The notes beneath the pieces are model-generated. The model ran no database searches and was not told where the DNA came from. It saw only the letters and a program-made list of their open reading frames with translations. A stretch of DNA of 23,190 nucleotides from Nanopusillaceae archaeon (GTDB taxonomy: Archaea; Nanobdellota; Nanobdellia; Nanobdellales; Nanobdellaceae): contig JAVYNJ010000009.1 in NCBI GenBank assembly GCA_038735675.1, forward strand, positions 1 to 23,190. The letters are read 5' to 3'. This document shows positions 1-7,496 of this stretch, in pieces; within the stretch, counting starts at the first letter, position 1, and every line of letters begins with the position of its first letter. The position numbers were made by a program, and so were the translations under genes.

Positions 1-1692
1 CAGATGTAGTAATTTTAGCTTCATTAGCTTCTAGCGCAAACAATAGAAATGGATATATTTCTAGTATTTCTAATTTGCCTTCTGGCTGTACTGCATATGT
101 AGATGTAGATTCTTTAACATATTCTTCTGTGGTTGTAATATATTGTAGAAATTTATCTGCAGGTTCATATTCTATTACATTTAATATAGTAAGACAAGCT
201 CCAGCAACCTATAGTTTTGCATTCGAAGTTTATGAATTTCCTATATTTTTGTTTTCAATAACACCAAATCAATCAAATATAAATTTAATTCCTGGACAAT
301 CTTCGATAATATCTTTAAGTATAAATGTAACAAACGGAAATCCTTTACCAGTTAATTTATCTTGTTCAACTTCTAATCCTAATTTGGGATGTAGTTTATC
401 TCAAACTCAAGTAACCCCAAATGCGATAGTTAATTTACAAATAACTTCCAACTATAATTTAGCTCCAGGAACATATACTGTAATAGTTAATGGAATAGCA
501 GAAAACAATGCTACAGCCCAAGCAGTTATCACAGTTAATGTTCCTCAAGAATCTATTTCAATTTCTGCTAATCCTTCTGTAGTTAGAGTAATGATTGGAT
601 CTTCAAATTCAACAACTATTACAGCCTCAACAAATTATGGATATAATTTACAATTGACATGTATAAATCCACCAGCAGGAATTTCTTGTTCTTTTAATCC
701 TCAAACAATCTCTTCAGGAGGATCTTCTACTTTGATAATATCCTCAAGTAATACAACATCTCCTGGTGATACAATACTGACAATTAGAGCAACAGATGTA
801 AACACAGGAAACTATAACGAATATAATTTAAGTTTAATTATAGATGGGTATGTATATGTAAATGTTAATAATTCATTTGGTGCGACATGGGAAGTATCTT
901 CTTCTCTAGAATCCATTTCTGGAAGTAGTTCTGTTAACAATCAATTAATTAGAATAAATAGAGGTTCAGATACATTAAATGCTCAAATATTAAGCAATCC
1001 TTTAGGACATTCCTGTTCTATATCTCCATCTTCTACATCAGTATCTCATGGAAATTCATATACATTTACAGTTTCTTGTATTCTTTCGGAAGAGCCAGTT
1101 AATGTAACATCAATAACACCATTAACAGTCAATGCGTATCAGGGAAATATGAATATTCTATTAGGCAAATTAAATATTTCAATACTACAATCTGCTAATA
1201 TAAATTTGCAATTAACCTGTAATTCACAAATACCTTGTTGGTTTAATCAATCGACATTTACGTCTTCCGGTGTGGCGGAAGTGTATGTAAATATTTCTCC
1301 AACAACATCAATAGGAAGTTATACAATTATAATTAATGCATCATATACTGGAGATTTTTACGGATATAAAACAGTAACTTATACTTTGTATGTCAACAGA
1401 CCATTTGATTTTATTTTACCAAGTTCCTTAGATGTTTATATAGGAAGTTTAAATTCAACAAATATTGATGTAATAAAATATGATCCAACAATTAATTTAA
1501 TTTCATTTAGTTGTACTTCTCCTAACATAAATCTGTTATGTTCTTTAAATCCAAGTTCAGTTAGTGGTAATTCTACAATCTCCTTAACAATTACAGCAAA
1601 TCAAGGATTAAATGAAGGTTCTTATGTAATAAATATTACAGGCATTTCTGATACGAATGTACAAATAACAAAGAGCATAATTGTTAATGTAA
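1..1692 (+). repeat. About six tandem ~95-100 aa Ig-like modules, each with a Cys pair and a G(S/T)Y-x-(I/V)-x-(I/V) strand
   Basis: Recurrent Cys-pair pattern: LSCSTSNPNLGCSLS, LTCINPPAGISCSFNP, HSCSISPSS...TVSC, LTCNSQIPCWFNQS, FSCTSPNINLLCSLNPS. Each is followed by PGTYTVIV, GSYTIIINA, GSYVINITG or GSYSITFNIV. Module borders are approximate. Confidence 0.55.
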
Positions 1693-3485
1693 GAAGTGTG
1701 AAAGTATATTTTATAGATCCAACACCACCAAACAATGCAAATTTAAATTATATCTATTTACCAATAGCATTTTATACAACAGTATCAAATGTTATTCTTG
1801 AAATAAATAATCAAAATTATACGATATTTGCTAAACCAAATTCAAATAATTTAATAGAACTCTATTATAATTATTCTAATCCAAATGGATTACCAACTTT
1901 ATATAGCTTAGTTGGTAACTTTGGAGGAAGTGTAAGATTTAAATTATATGCGATAGGACCAACAATCAATTTAACCGAGGAAAGAATAGTATATGTTCCA
2001 TCTTTACAATATCAAGTAAATTATATAGATCCAACACCACCAAACAATTATGTAACAAATATTTGGTTATTACAAATTAAAGGAGAAGTTATCGATAATA
2101 CTTTGTCAAGAAATGATTGTTATTTGGAGTTATTAAATCCTAGTACTTCTTCTTGGGATTCTATTAAAATAGAAAAGTGCGAAGCAATAATATATAATGA
2201 TAATTTGAAAATATATGGAAGGGATATAGGAAATTATTATGAAATTAAGTATAGATTAAAAATAGTTAGTTCTCAAGGTTTAACATATACTGCACCTGAA
2301 AGAACTTTATATGTAGATAAAGCAGCAAAATATGTGGAAGTTGTTTCTTCAAATATGAAGTCATCTGAAATTCAATTAAAAATTGTAAATTCTGTAGTAA
2401 GTGGAATACCTTATGTAGTATTTGCAGCAGGAAATTATAAGGTTAATTTGATAATAGATATAAATGAATCAAGTGTTACTTTATTAGGATATAATACTGT
2501 TTTAGAACCTTTATCTGTAGGATCTCCCATAATAACAGTAAAATCCGGTAACGTTGTTATAGAAGGATTTAGTACAAATTCTAAATTATTCGCATTAAGA
2601 ATTGATGGCGGAAATGTTACTATAAGAAATGTAAATATAAATTCGAATTTATATGGAATACAGACAAATGAAAATGCAACAATAGCTATAGAAAATAGCA
2701 ATGTTTATGGAAAAGTCGGGGGAATTTATGCATCTGCAGGAATTAGAAATTCAATAATATTTTCTTCTAGAATTTCTTCAGATGTTTGGGGAATATATTT
2801 AAAAGATGCATACAATATACAAATTAAAAATTCTGGTGTTTTAGCTAAAGTATTTGGAATAAATATAGAAGGAAATTCCTCAAATATTGTTATAGAAAAT
2901 GTAAGTGTAGAAGCAAAAATATTTGGAATATATATAAAAGAGGGAGGTAATATTTATGTAAGAAATTCTATAGTAAATTCGGAAATATTTGGATTGAAAG
3001 TAGATGTAGGAAATAATTATATAGAAAATACAACAATTTATGCAAATAAAGTATTCGGAATATATATATTACAGCCAAACAATTTAAATAATATTACTAT
3101 TTATGGAGGAATATTTGGAGCATATTTAACAGGAAATGGAAATAACATAAAAATATTTGGATCTAGATTAGGAATTAATTTATTTGGATCTGGAAGGATA
3201 AATGACCTTTCTTTAGATTCTGCAAGATTTAATATAGAATACGCGGGATCAAGTATAATAAAATCTTCTAATAAAGCACCAGAAGCATTATTAGGATTTG
3301 TATTTGGAGAAAATCAATTTGAATTGTTAGGAGATTTAAATGCAAGCATAACATTTATTACAAATATAACTTCTAATAGATTTAGAATTGCAAAAATTAT
3401 AGGATCTAGAGGAAGTTTTATAGCAAACGATACCCTAACTTTCCAACCATCAGGTTATGGAATTTATTCTTTGTATTATTCTTAA
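1..3485 (+). CDS. Large modular secreted/surface protein (adhesin-like), 5' end lies outside the window
   Basis: The reading frame is open from nt 3 to the TAA at 3483-3485. The TTG at 75 used by the ORF track is an artefact, because codons 3-74 have no stop. The protein has repeated Ig-like modules with paired Cys, two IDPTPPNN modules, and a C-terminal xFGIxI 22/23-aa beta-helix repeat region. I counted about 30 N-x-S/T sequons by hand. No C-terminal TM anchor is present. Confidence 0.8.
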   Translation, partial: DVVILASLASSANNRNGYISSISNLPSGCTAYVDVDSLTYSSVVVIYCRNLSAGSYSITFNIVRQAPATYSFAFEVYEFPIFLFSITPNQSNINLIPGQSSIISLSINVTNGNPLPVNLSCSTSNPNLGCSLSQTQVTPNAIVNLQITSNYNLAPGTYTVIVNGIAENNATAQAVITVNVPQESISISANPSVVRVMIGSSNSTTITASTNYGYNLQLTCINPPAGISCSFNPQTISSGGSSTLIISSSNTTSPGDTILTIRATDVNTGNYNEYNLSLIIDGYVYVNVNNSFGATWEVSSSLESISGSSSVNNQLIRINRGSDTLNAQILSNPLGHSCSISPSSTSVSHGNSYTFTVSCILSEEPVNVTSITPLTVNAYQGNMNILLGKLNISILQSANINLQLTCNSQIPCWFNQSTFTSSGVAEVYVNISPTTSIGSYTIIINASYTGDFYGYKTVTYTLYVNRPFDFILPSSLDVYIGSLNSTNIDVIKYDPTINLISFSCTSPNINLLCSLNPSSVSGNSTISLTITANQGLNEGSYVINITGISDTNVQITKSIIVNVRSVKVYFIDPTPPNNANLNYIYLPIAFYTTVSNVILEINNQNYTIFAKPNSNNLIELYYNYSNPNGLPTLYSLVGNFGGSVRFKLYAIGPTINLTEERIVYVPSLQYQVNYIDPTPPNNYVTNIWLLQIKGEVIDNTLSRNDCYLELLNPSTSSWDSIKIEKCEAIIYNDNLKIYGRDIGNYYEIKYRLKIVSSQGLTYTAPERTLYVDKAAKYVEVVSSNMKSSEIQLKIVNSVVSGIPYVVFAAGNYKVNLIIDINESSVTLLGYNTVLEPLSVGSPIITVKSGNVVIEGFSTNSKLFALRIDGGNVTIRNVNINSNLYGIQTNENATIAIENSNVYGKVGGIYASAGIRNSIIFSSRISSDVWGIYLKDAYNIQIKNSGVLAKVFGINIEGNSSNIVIENVSVEAKIFGIYIKEGGNIYVRNSIVNSEIFGLKVDVGNNYIENTTIYANKVFGIYILQPNNLNNITIYGGIFGAYLTGNGNNIKIFGSRLGINLFGSGRINDLSLDSARFNIEYAGSSIIKSSNKAPEALLGFVFGENQFELLGDLNASITFITNITSNRFRIAKIIGSRGSFIANDTLTFQPSGYGIYSLYYS
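1698..2321 (+). repeat. Two tandem 104-aa modules opening with YFIDPTPPNN / NYIDPTPPNN
   Basis: An identical 25-nt string, tatagatccaacaccaccaaacaat, occurs at 1712-1736 and 2024-2048. The two copies are exactly 312 nt (104 codons) apart and in the same frame. Confidence 0.7.
2580..3190 (+). repeat. Right-handed parallel beta-helix (PbH1-like) coils, period 22-23 aa
   Basis: The Gly codon of the motif (L/V/I)(Y/F/W)G(I/L)x(I/V/L) falls at 2655, 2721, 2790, 2856, 2925, 2991, 3057 and 3117. Spacings are 66, 69, 66, 69, 66, 66 and 60 nt. Each is preceded by N-x-(I/V)-x-N-(S/V/T) turns, for example NVTIRNVNINS, NIVIENVSVEA, NIYVRNSIVNS. Confidence 0.65.
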
Positions 3486-3491
3486 TCTTAC

Positions 3492-3497
3492 TTTTTT
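3492..3497 (+). terminator. Oligo-T tract (T6) 7 nt after the stop of the surface protein gene
   Basis: Sequence is taatcttaCTTTTTTagg. Archaeal RNA polymerase terminates at oligo-T runs. The same cttttttag string follows the next gene. Confidence 0.3.
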
Positions 3498-3559
3498 AGG
3501 TAAATAACAAACTTTATATATTTAATTTTTTCTAAATTACATATTTTCGGGATATTAAA

Positions 3560-3567
3560 TTTATATA
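3560..3567 (+). promoter_or_regulatory. TATA-like box TTTATATA at -30..-23 relative to the archaellin ATG (predicts a leaderless mRNA)
   Basis: Sequence is aaaTTTATATAtattaaaagagtttgttatataATG. No Shine-Dalgarno-like GGAGG/GGTGA is present. Support is weak because the background is AT-rich. Confidence 0.4.
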
Positions 3568-3589
3568 TATTAAAAGAGTTTGTTATATA

Positions 3590-4447
3590 ATGGTAAAAAC
3601 ACAGTTTGGATTGACGACCTTAATTATTTTTATAGCAATGATAGTTACAGCGGCAATAGCAGCAGGGGTAATAATATATACTACACAAACACTGCAGCAA
3701 AGAGCTTTACAAGTTGGAGCACAAGCTAGAGAAAGAGTTGCAACAGGTGTAGAGGTCACTAGAGTTTTTGGTTATCAATATGATATCAATAAACAAATTT
3801 TGAGTAGAGATTTGCAAGCAATATCTGCAATAGCTCCTTTAATGAGATTAATGTCTGGATCAAAGCCAATAAGTTTTAGTAGAATTTCATATATATTAAC
3901 AACTGCTAATGGAGATATAGATGCTTATCAAGTTGGAAACAAATTACCAACAGCAATATACGGAGTATTACAAGGGGGAAATTATTTAATCTACGGTTTT
4001 CTATTTAATGATGCTGTAAATGTCATAAATGTATCTTCTTCTGATGTTAGAGAGTGTAACATTATAAAAACTTATGACGGGAGATACGTAAAATCCGATT
4101 TAATTAGAGATTCGAATAATTCTGTTGTTGGCTGTTGGATAGCCTTAGATTCTACAGAAATAGATAAACCATTGAAAGATATAGAAGTATTGAAAATTCT
4201 TTCAGAATTAAAAGAAGCTGGAATAGCTTCTCCTTTTGCAATAATAGGATTGCAATTATCGCAAATATCTCCTTTTATACAAGAAGGAGATTTGTATCAA
4301 ATTGTATTATATCTAGGAAAATATTTAACTTCTAGAACAAGATATACATTACAGATAATACCTCAAGATGGATATATTGTAACTATAGATGGATTTGTTC
4401 CAACAGTATTAACATCTGTAATTGAGGATGTTTGGGCTTCTGGATAG
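3590..4447 (+). CDS. flaB: Archaellin (archaeal flagellin FlaB/ArlB family) with class III signal peptide
   Basis: The N-terminus MVKTQFG|LTTLIIFIAMIVTAAIAAGVIIYTTQTLQQRALQVGAQARERVATGVEV matches the archaellin N-terminal domain pattern: GxxTLIxFIAMVxVAAxAAxVxI...LQQ...G.....V..G..V. At 285 aa it is longer than typical archaellins. It has two sequons (NVS, NNS). Confidence 0.8.
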   Translation: MVKTQFGLTTLIIFIAMIVTAAIAAGVIIYTTQTLQQRALQVGAQARERVATGVEVTRVFGYQYDINKQILSRDLQAISAIAPLMRLMSGSKPISFSRISYILTTANGDIDAYQVGNKLPTAIYGVLQGGNYLIYGFLFNDAVNVINVSSSDVRECNIIKTYDGRYVKSDLIRDSNNSVVGCWIALDSTEIDKPLKDIEVLKILSELKEAGIASPFAIIGLQLSQISPFIQEGDLYQIVLYLGKYLTSRTRYTLQIIPQDGYIVTIDGFVPTVLTSVIEDVWASG

Positions 4448-4452
4448 TTTCC

Positions 4453-4458
4453 TTTTTT
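4453..4458 (+). terminator. Oligo-T tract (T6) 6 nt after the archaellin stop
   Basis: Sequence is tagtttccTTTTTTagat. Confidence 0.3.
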
Positions 4459-4475
4459 AGATAAAAAATTTATTA

Positions 4476-4483
4476 TTTTAAAG
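4476..4483 (+). promoter_or_regulatory. TATA-like TTTTAAAG at -33..-26 of tRNA-Thr
   Basis: A T-run followed by A occupies the same register upstream of all three tRNAs in the window (see findings). Confidence 0.35.
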
Positions 4484-4508
4484 ATTAGTTTAAAGATTTT
4501 ATAATTAT

Positions 4509-4580
4509 GCCGCCGTAGCTCAGCGGTAGAGCGGCGGACTTGTAATCCGCAGGTCGCGGGTTCAAATCCCGCCGGCGGCT
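4509..4580 (+). tRNA. tRNA-Thr (anticodon UGU), 72 nt, no encoded CCA, no intron
   Basis: Hand-folded cloverleaf. Acceptor GCCGCCG/CGGCGGC. D arm GCTC-AGCGGTA-GAGC. Anticodon arm GCGGA-CTTGTAA-TCCGC. Variable loop AGGTC. T arm GCGGG-TTCAAAT-CCCGC. Discriminator T. Confidence 0.93.
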
Positions 4581-4712
4581 TATAAATTAAACTTTATTTT
4601 ATATCTTTGTAATAAAAAATTCTTTGATTATATTTAATAATATTAAAAAGTTATCAAAAATTTTAGTAAGAAATAAGGAAAAATAAATATTTAGATAGAT
4701 ATTTAAAATTTA

Positions 4713-4721
4713 TTTTTATGT
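4713..4721 (+). promoter_or_regulatory. TATA-like TTTTTATGT at -34..-26 of tRNA-Asp
   Basis: Same register as the boxes upstream of tRNA-Thr and tRNA-Lys. Confidence 0.3.
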
Positions 4722-4746
4722 AAAAAATAATATTAGTAAGTAGTAA

Positions 4747-4817
4747 GCCCCCGTGGTGTAGTGGCAGCATTCGGGACTGTCGATCCCGCGGCCCGGGTTC
4801 AAATCCCGGCGGGGGCG
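4747..4817 (+). tRNA. tRNA-Asp (anticodon GUC), 71 nt, no encoded CCA, no intron
   Basis: Acceptor GCCCCCG/CGGGGGC. Anticodon arm CGGGA-CTGTCGA-TCCCG. Four-nt variable loop. T arm CCGGG-TTCAAAT-CCCGG. Discriminator G. About 72% G+C by hand count. Confidence 0.92.
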
Positions 4818-4819
4818 AG

Positions 4820-4825
4820 TTTTTT
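4820..4825 (+). terminator. Oligo-T tract (T6) 2 nt after tRNA-Asp
   Basis: Sequence is ...gggggcgagTTTTTTatg. Confidence 0.35.
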
Positions 4826-4901
4826 ATGTTATTTTAACTTTACGAATCTATTAATACAGTGAATAAAAAAATAAAGCAGTATTAGAATTTTTGTTAGTAT
4901 T

Positions 4902-5747
4902 TTAATATTGACCAAGTATATATTTTTTAGCAATTTCATTGGCAAACTTTAATCTTTCAATATTTGAAAATTTTTTATAATATCCAAAAAAATTTGCAGC
5001 ATTCCAAACATCTCCTGCTCCTGTTAGAATTTTTGGTTTTATTTTTTCAATTTTTATATACGTATCTGAGGGTAAAGAATATACAAAATCTGGAGAGTGA
5101 ATATCTAAATTTTTTACTTTTATTTCTTTAAATAAATTTTTAGATAATTCAATATAATCTTCCCCATCGATCTTTAAAAAATTACATAAATAAGACAATT
5201 CATATTCATTTAAGCTTAAAGTCCAAATTTTGCCTTCTTTTAATATTTTAATTAAATTAGGCAAATTTTTTCTATTTACAGAAGGATCCCCAATATCTAA
5301 ATATATTTTTGCATTACTATTTTCAATAATCCATTTTAACAGTTCATTGGATCTTTTATTATTGTTCCAATTACCAAAAAAAATGTATTCTGACTTTTTA
5401 ATTATATCTAAATATTTTGATATTTTGGATATTTGAATTCCTCTGGAATCTGTAAACATAACTCTATCTTCTTTTTCAATAGAAACAGTAATATTATTCT
5501 TAGTAAATACGGGATAAAAATTTATTTTTAATTTTTTAAATTCTTTTTTTGCGATTATATAAGATAATTTTCCACAACATGCAATTAAATTATTTTTTAA
5601 CCCTAATTTTGATAAAGCAATTGAAAAATTTGCAGCATTTCCTCCAATTTTTATTAATATTTTTGATTTTATATTTCCCGTTTTTTTATTTTCTTTTTTA
5701 GATTTAACAATAATATCTAAAAATAGATCTGGTAAACAGGTTATCAT
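4902..5747 (-). CDS. PfkB-family (ribokinase-like) carbohydrate kinase
   Basis: PfkB signature 1-like region KIGGNAANFSIALSKLG. Signature 2 region TGAGDVWNAANF near the C-terminus. DIGDPS motif in the middle. The start lies 3 nt after the flippase stop, making it the last gene of the aglB operon. Confidence 0.7.
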   Translation of the reverse strand: MITCLPDLFLDIIVKSKKENKKTGNIKSKILIKIGGNAANFSIALSKLGLKNNLIACCGKLSYIIAKKEFKKLKINFYPVFTKNNITVSIEKEDRVMFTDSRGIQISKISKYLDIIKKSEYIFFGNWNNNKRSNELLKWIIENSNAKIYLDIGDPSVNRKNLPNLIKILKEGKIWTLSLNEYELSYLCNFLKIDGEDYIELSKNLFKEIKVKNLDIHSPDFVYSLPSDTYIKIEKIKPKILTGAGDVWNAANFFGYYKKFSNIERLKFANEIAKKYILGQY

Positions 5748-5750
5748 AGA

Positions 5751-7496
5751 TTATATTTTGATTTTGAAAAAAATAAATGATGAAATATAACAAAAAACAG
5801 TTGAGGAAATATTAGATAGTATAGCACCAAAAATTCCGATTTTTGGTATTAATAAAATATCTAACAAAACAAAAGATATTAAATAAATTAAATTAATTAT
5901 GGAAATTTCCCTTAAATAAGATTTTAGCCACAATAAATTGTAATATATACTCAAAGAAAGAATAGGTAACAATAAAGAAGATAATTTTAAATATAAAGAA
6001 GCTTTCAAATATTTTTCTCCGAATAACAATAAAATAATTTTGTCTGAGAAAATTATTATAATTAAAGCTAGTGAAATATAGATTAAAATTTGGATAAAAA
6101 AGAAAAACTTTATTTTTTTCTTTATTTCATCTTTAGACCATCTTAAAATTCTCGGAAGTAAGATATTATATACAGATAGAAGATTTGATAATAGGTATAT
6201 AATATTTAGAGCATTAAAGTATAGAGAGATTTCTACAAGTCCCTTTAAATATGATATAAAACTATATCTGAATGAATTATAAAAAGATAAAATTATATTA
6301 CTATAGTTTACTAGTATACCATATTTAAATAATTCTTTTAACTTTTTGAAATCTATTTTAAACTTAATTTTTCTAAATAATTCAGAATAATGTTTTTTTG
6401 TAAAAATTAATTCTATTAAATCTAGTATAAAGAATGCAAAAAATATTCCCAAAATTGCTCCTTTAGTTGGTGTTATAATCGAAAAGAATAAAACTAAAAC
6501 TAATTTTAAGGCACCTTCTAAAATATCAAAATATTTATTAATATCAAACTTTAAATCAGAAAAAAATAGGTGAGCTAATAGAACTCTAATTGTAAAAAAG
6601 ATTGATGTCAGAAGAATTGTAGGAATTAATAATATATTATTTGTATTAAAAATTGTAAAAAAGAAATCTTTAAAAATTATTAATATAAAAAAAACGATTA
6701 ATGAATTTAGAAAATATAAAAATAAGGAATTTATAATATAATCGAATCTCTCTTCTTTTTTTTCAGAAAAAAATTTATAGGTTGGAATAGACAGAGAAAT
6801 AACAGTTGCAAAGGATATAATTATACTGTGAAAATTTACATATCTACCGTATAATTCTATAGTTAGAACTCTAGATAAAATTATCATTAATAAAAAAGTG
6901 AAAAATTTTAATAAAATAAAACCAATTTTTTCATTTATTAGATCTTTAATTATCCGTTTTTCATATATTTTATTTATTATTTTAATTAAGTTTTTTAACA
7001 ACTTTTTAAATGCCGTTAGAGTATCTAATATAAATTGTTTTTCAATAAAATAATCTAGATTTATATCAACTTCCATATTTTCCTCAATTTCTTTAAGCAA
7101 TTCAGATATTTTTACATTATTTTTAAAGAAAAAAATTCTAGTTAGTATATTCAAATTTAATAGTTTTAGTATCTTTGAATTATAACCAAATCTAATAATG
7201 TCTTTTTTAAATTCTAAATTTTTTATTTTTTTTATATTAAAATTAATATTTCCTTCAATAAATAATATATCATCTTCAAGTCTCTCTCTAATTATTTCTA
7301 AAGCTTCTTCTTTCTTTATTTTCTTTTTAGAGATAATAAAGTTTATTTTTGTTTTTTCTTTTATTCTTTTTAAAATTTCAGAATCCTGAAAATTATTTAT
7401 AAATATATAAACATCTTTTTTTAAGTTTTTTAAGATTGTAGCATTGTATAATATCTTTTTTAAATCCTTTCCTTCGGAATAAAATACTATTTTCAT
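5751..7496 (-). CDS. Wzx/MOP-superfamily oligosaccharide flippase-like membrane protein with an extra ~190-aa N-terminal soluble domain
   Basis: The C-terminal ~390 aa is polytopic and carries Wzx-type strings: ILSRVLTIELYGRY, LKELFKYGILVNYSNIILSFYNSFRYSFISYLKGLVEISLYFNA, LLFGEKYLKASLYL, GIFGAILSN. I chose the ATG at 7496 (MKIVFYSEG) because it forms an ATGA overlap with the aglH stop. The ORF-track start at 7538 would overlap aglH by 46 nt. Confidence 0.7.
   Translation of the reverse strand: MKIVFYSEGKDLKKILYNATILKNLKKDVYIFINNFQDSEILKRIKEKTKINFIISKKKIKKEEALEIIRERLEDDILFIEGNINFNIKKIKNLEFKKDIIRFGYNSKILKLLNLNILTRIFFFKNNVKISELLKEIEENMEVDINLDYFIEKQFILDTLTAFKKLLKNLIKIINKIYEKRIIKDLINEKIGFILLKFFTFLLMIILSRVLTIELYGRYVNFHSIIISFATVISLSIPTYKFFSEKKEERFDYIINSLFLYFLNSLIVFFILIIFKDFFFTIFNTNNILLIPTILLTSIFFTIRVLLAHLFFSDLKFDINKYFDILEGALKLVLVLFFSIITPTKGAILGIFFAFFILDLIELIFTKKHYSELFRKIKFKIDFKKLKELFKYGILVNYSNIILSFYNSFRYSFISYLKGLVEISLYFNALNIIYLLSNLLSVYNILLPRILRWSKDEIKKKIKFFFFIQILIYISLALIIIIFSDKIILLLFGEKYLKASLYLKLSSLLLPILSLSIYYNLLWLKSYLREISIINLIYLISFVLLDILLIPKIGIFGAILSNISSTVFCYISSFIFFKIKI

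Noticed and set aside
75-77. TTG at 75 as the start codon of the 1136-aa ORF
   Set aside because: The frame is open with no stop from nt 3. The residues before and after position 75 continue an Ig-like module (…GC…AGSYSITFNIV). The gene therefore starts upstream of the window.
1712-2048. The 25-nt repeat pair as terminal repeats of a small mobile element
   Set aside because: The repeats are direct rather than inverted, lie in frame at a spacing of 104 codons, and encode the same IDPTPPNN peptide. This is an intragenic domain duplication.
2435-2701. 88-aa antisense ORF inside the surface protein gene
   Set aside because: It is a shadow ORF opposite a strongly supported periodic beta-helix coding region, with low-complexity hydrophobic composition and no motif. 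The same reasoning applies to 5230-5436 and 7198-7389.
4581-4746. 166-bp spacer between tRNA-Thr and tRNA-Asp as a small RNA (C/D box sRNA) or small ORF
   Set aside because: There is no RUGAUGA/CUGA box pair and no G+C-rich stem. The only ATG is followed immediately by a stop (atgtaa). The region looks like promoter and spacer DNA. The other intergenic spacers were also checked for C/D boxes with no hit.
4509-4817. Split or intron-containing tRNAs (a Nanoarchaeota hallmark)
   Set aside because: All three tRNAs fold as complete, colinear cloverleaves of 71-74 nt with 7-nt anticodon loops. No bulge-helix-bulge motif or half-gene is visible.
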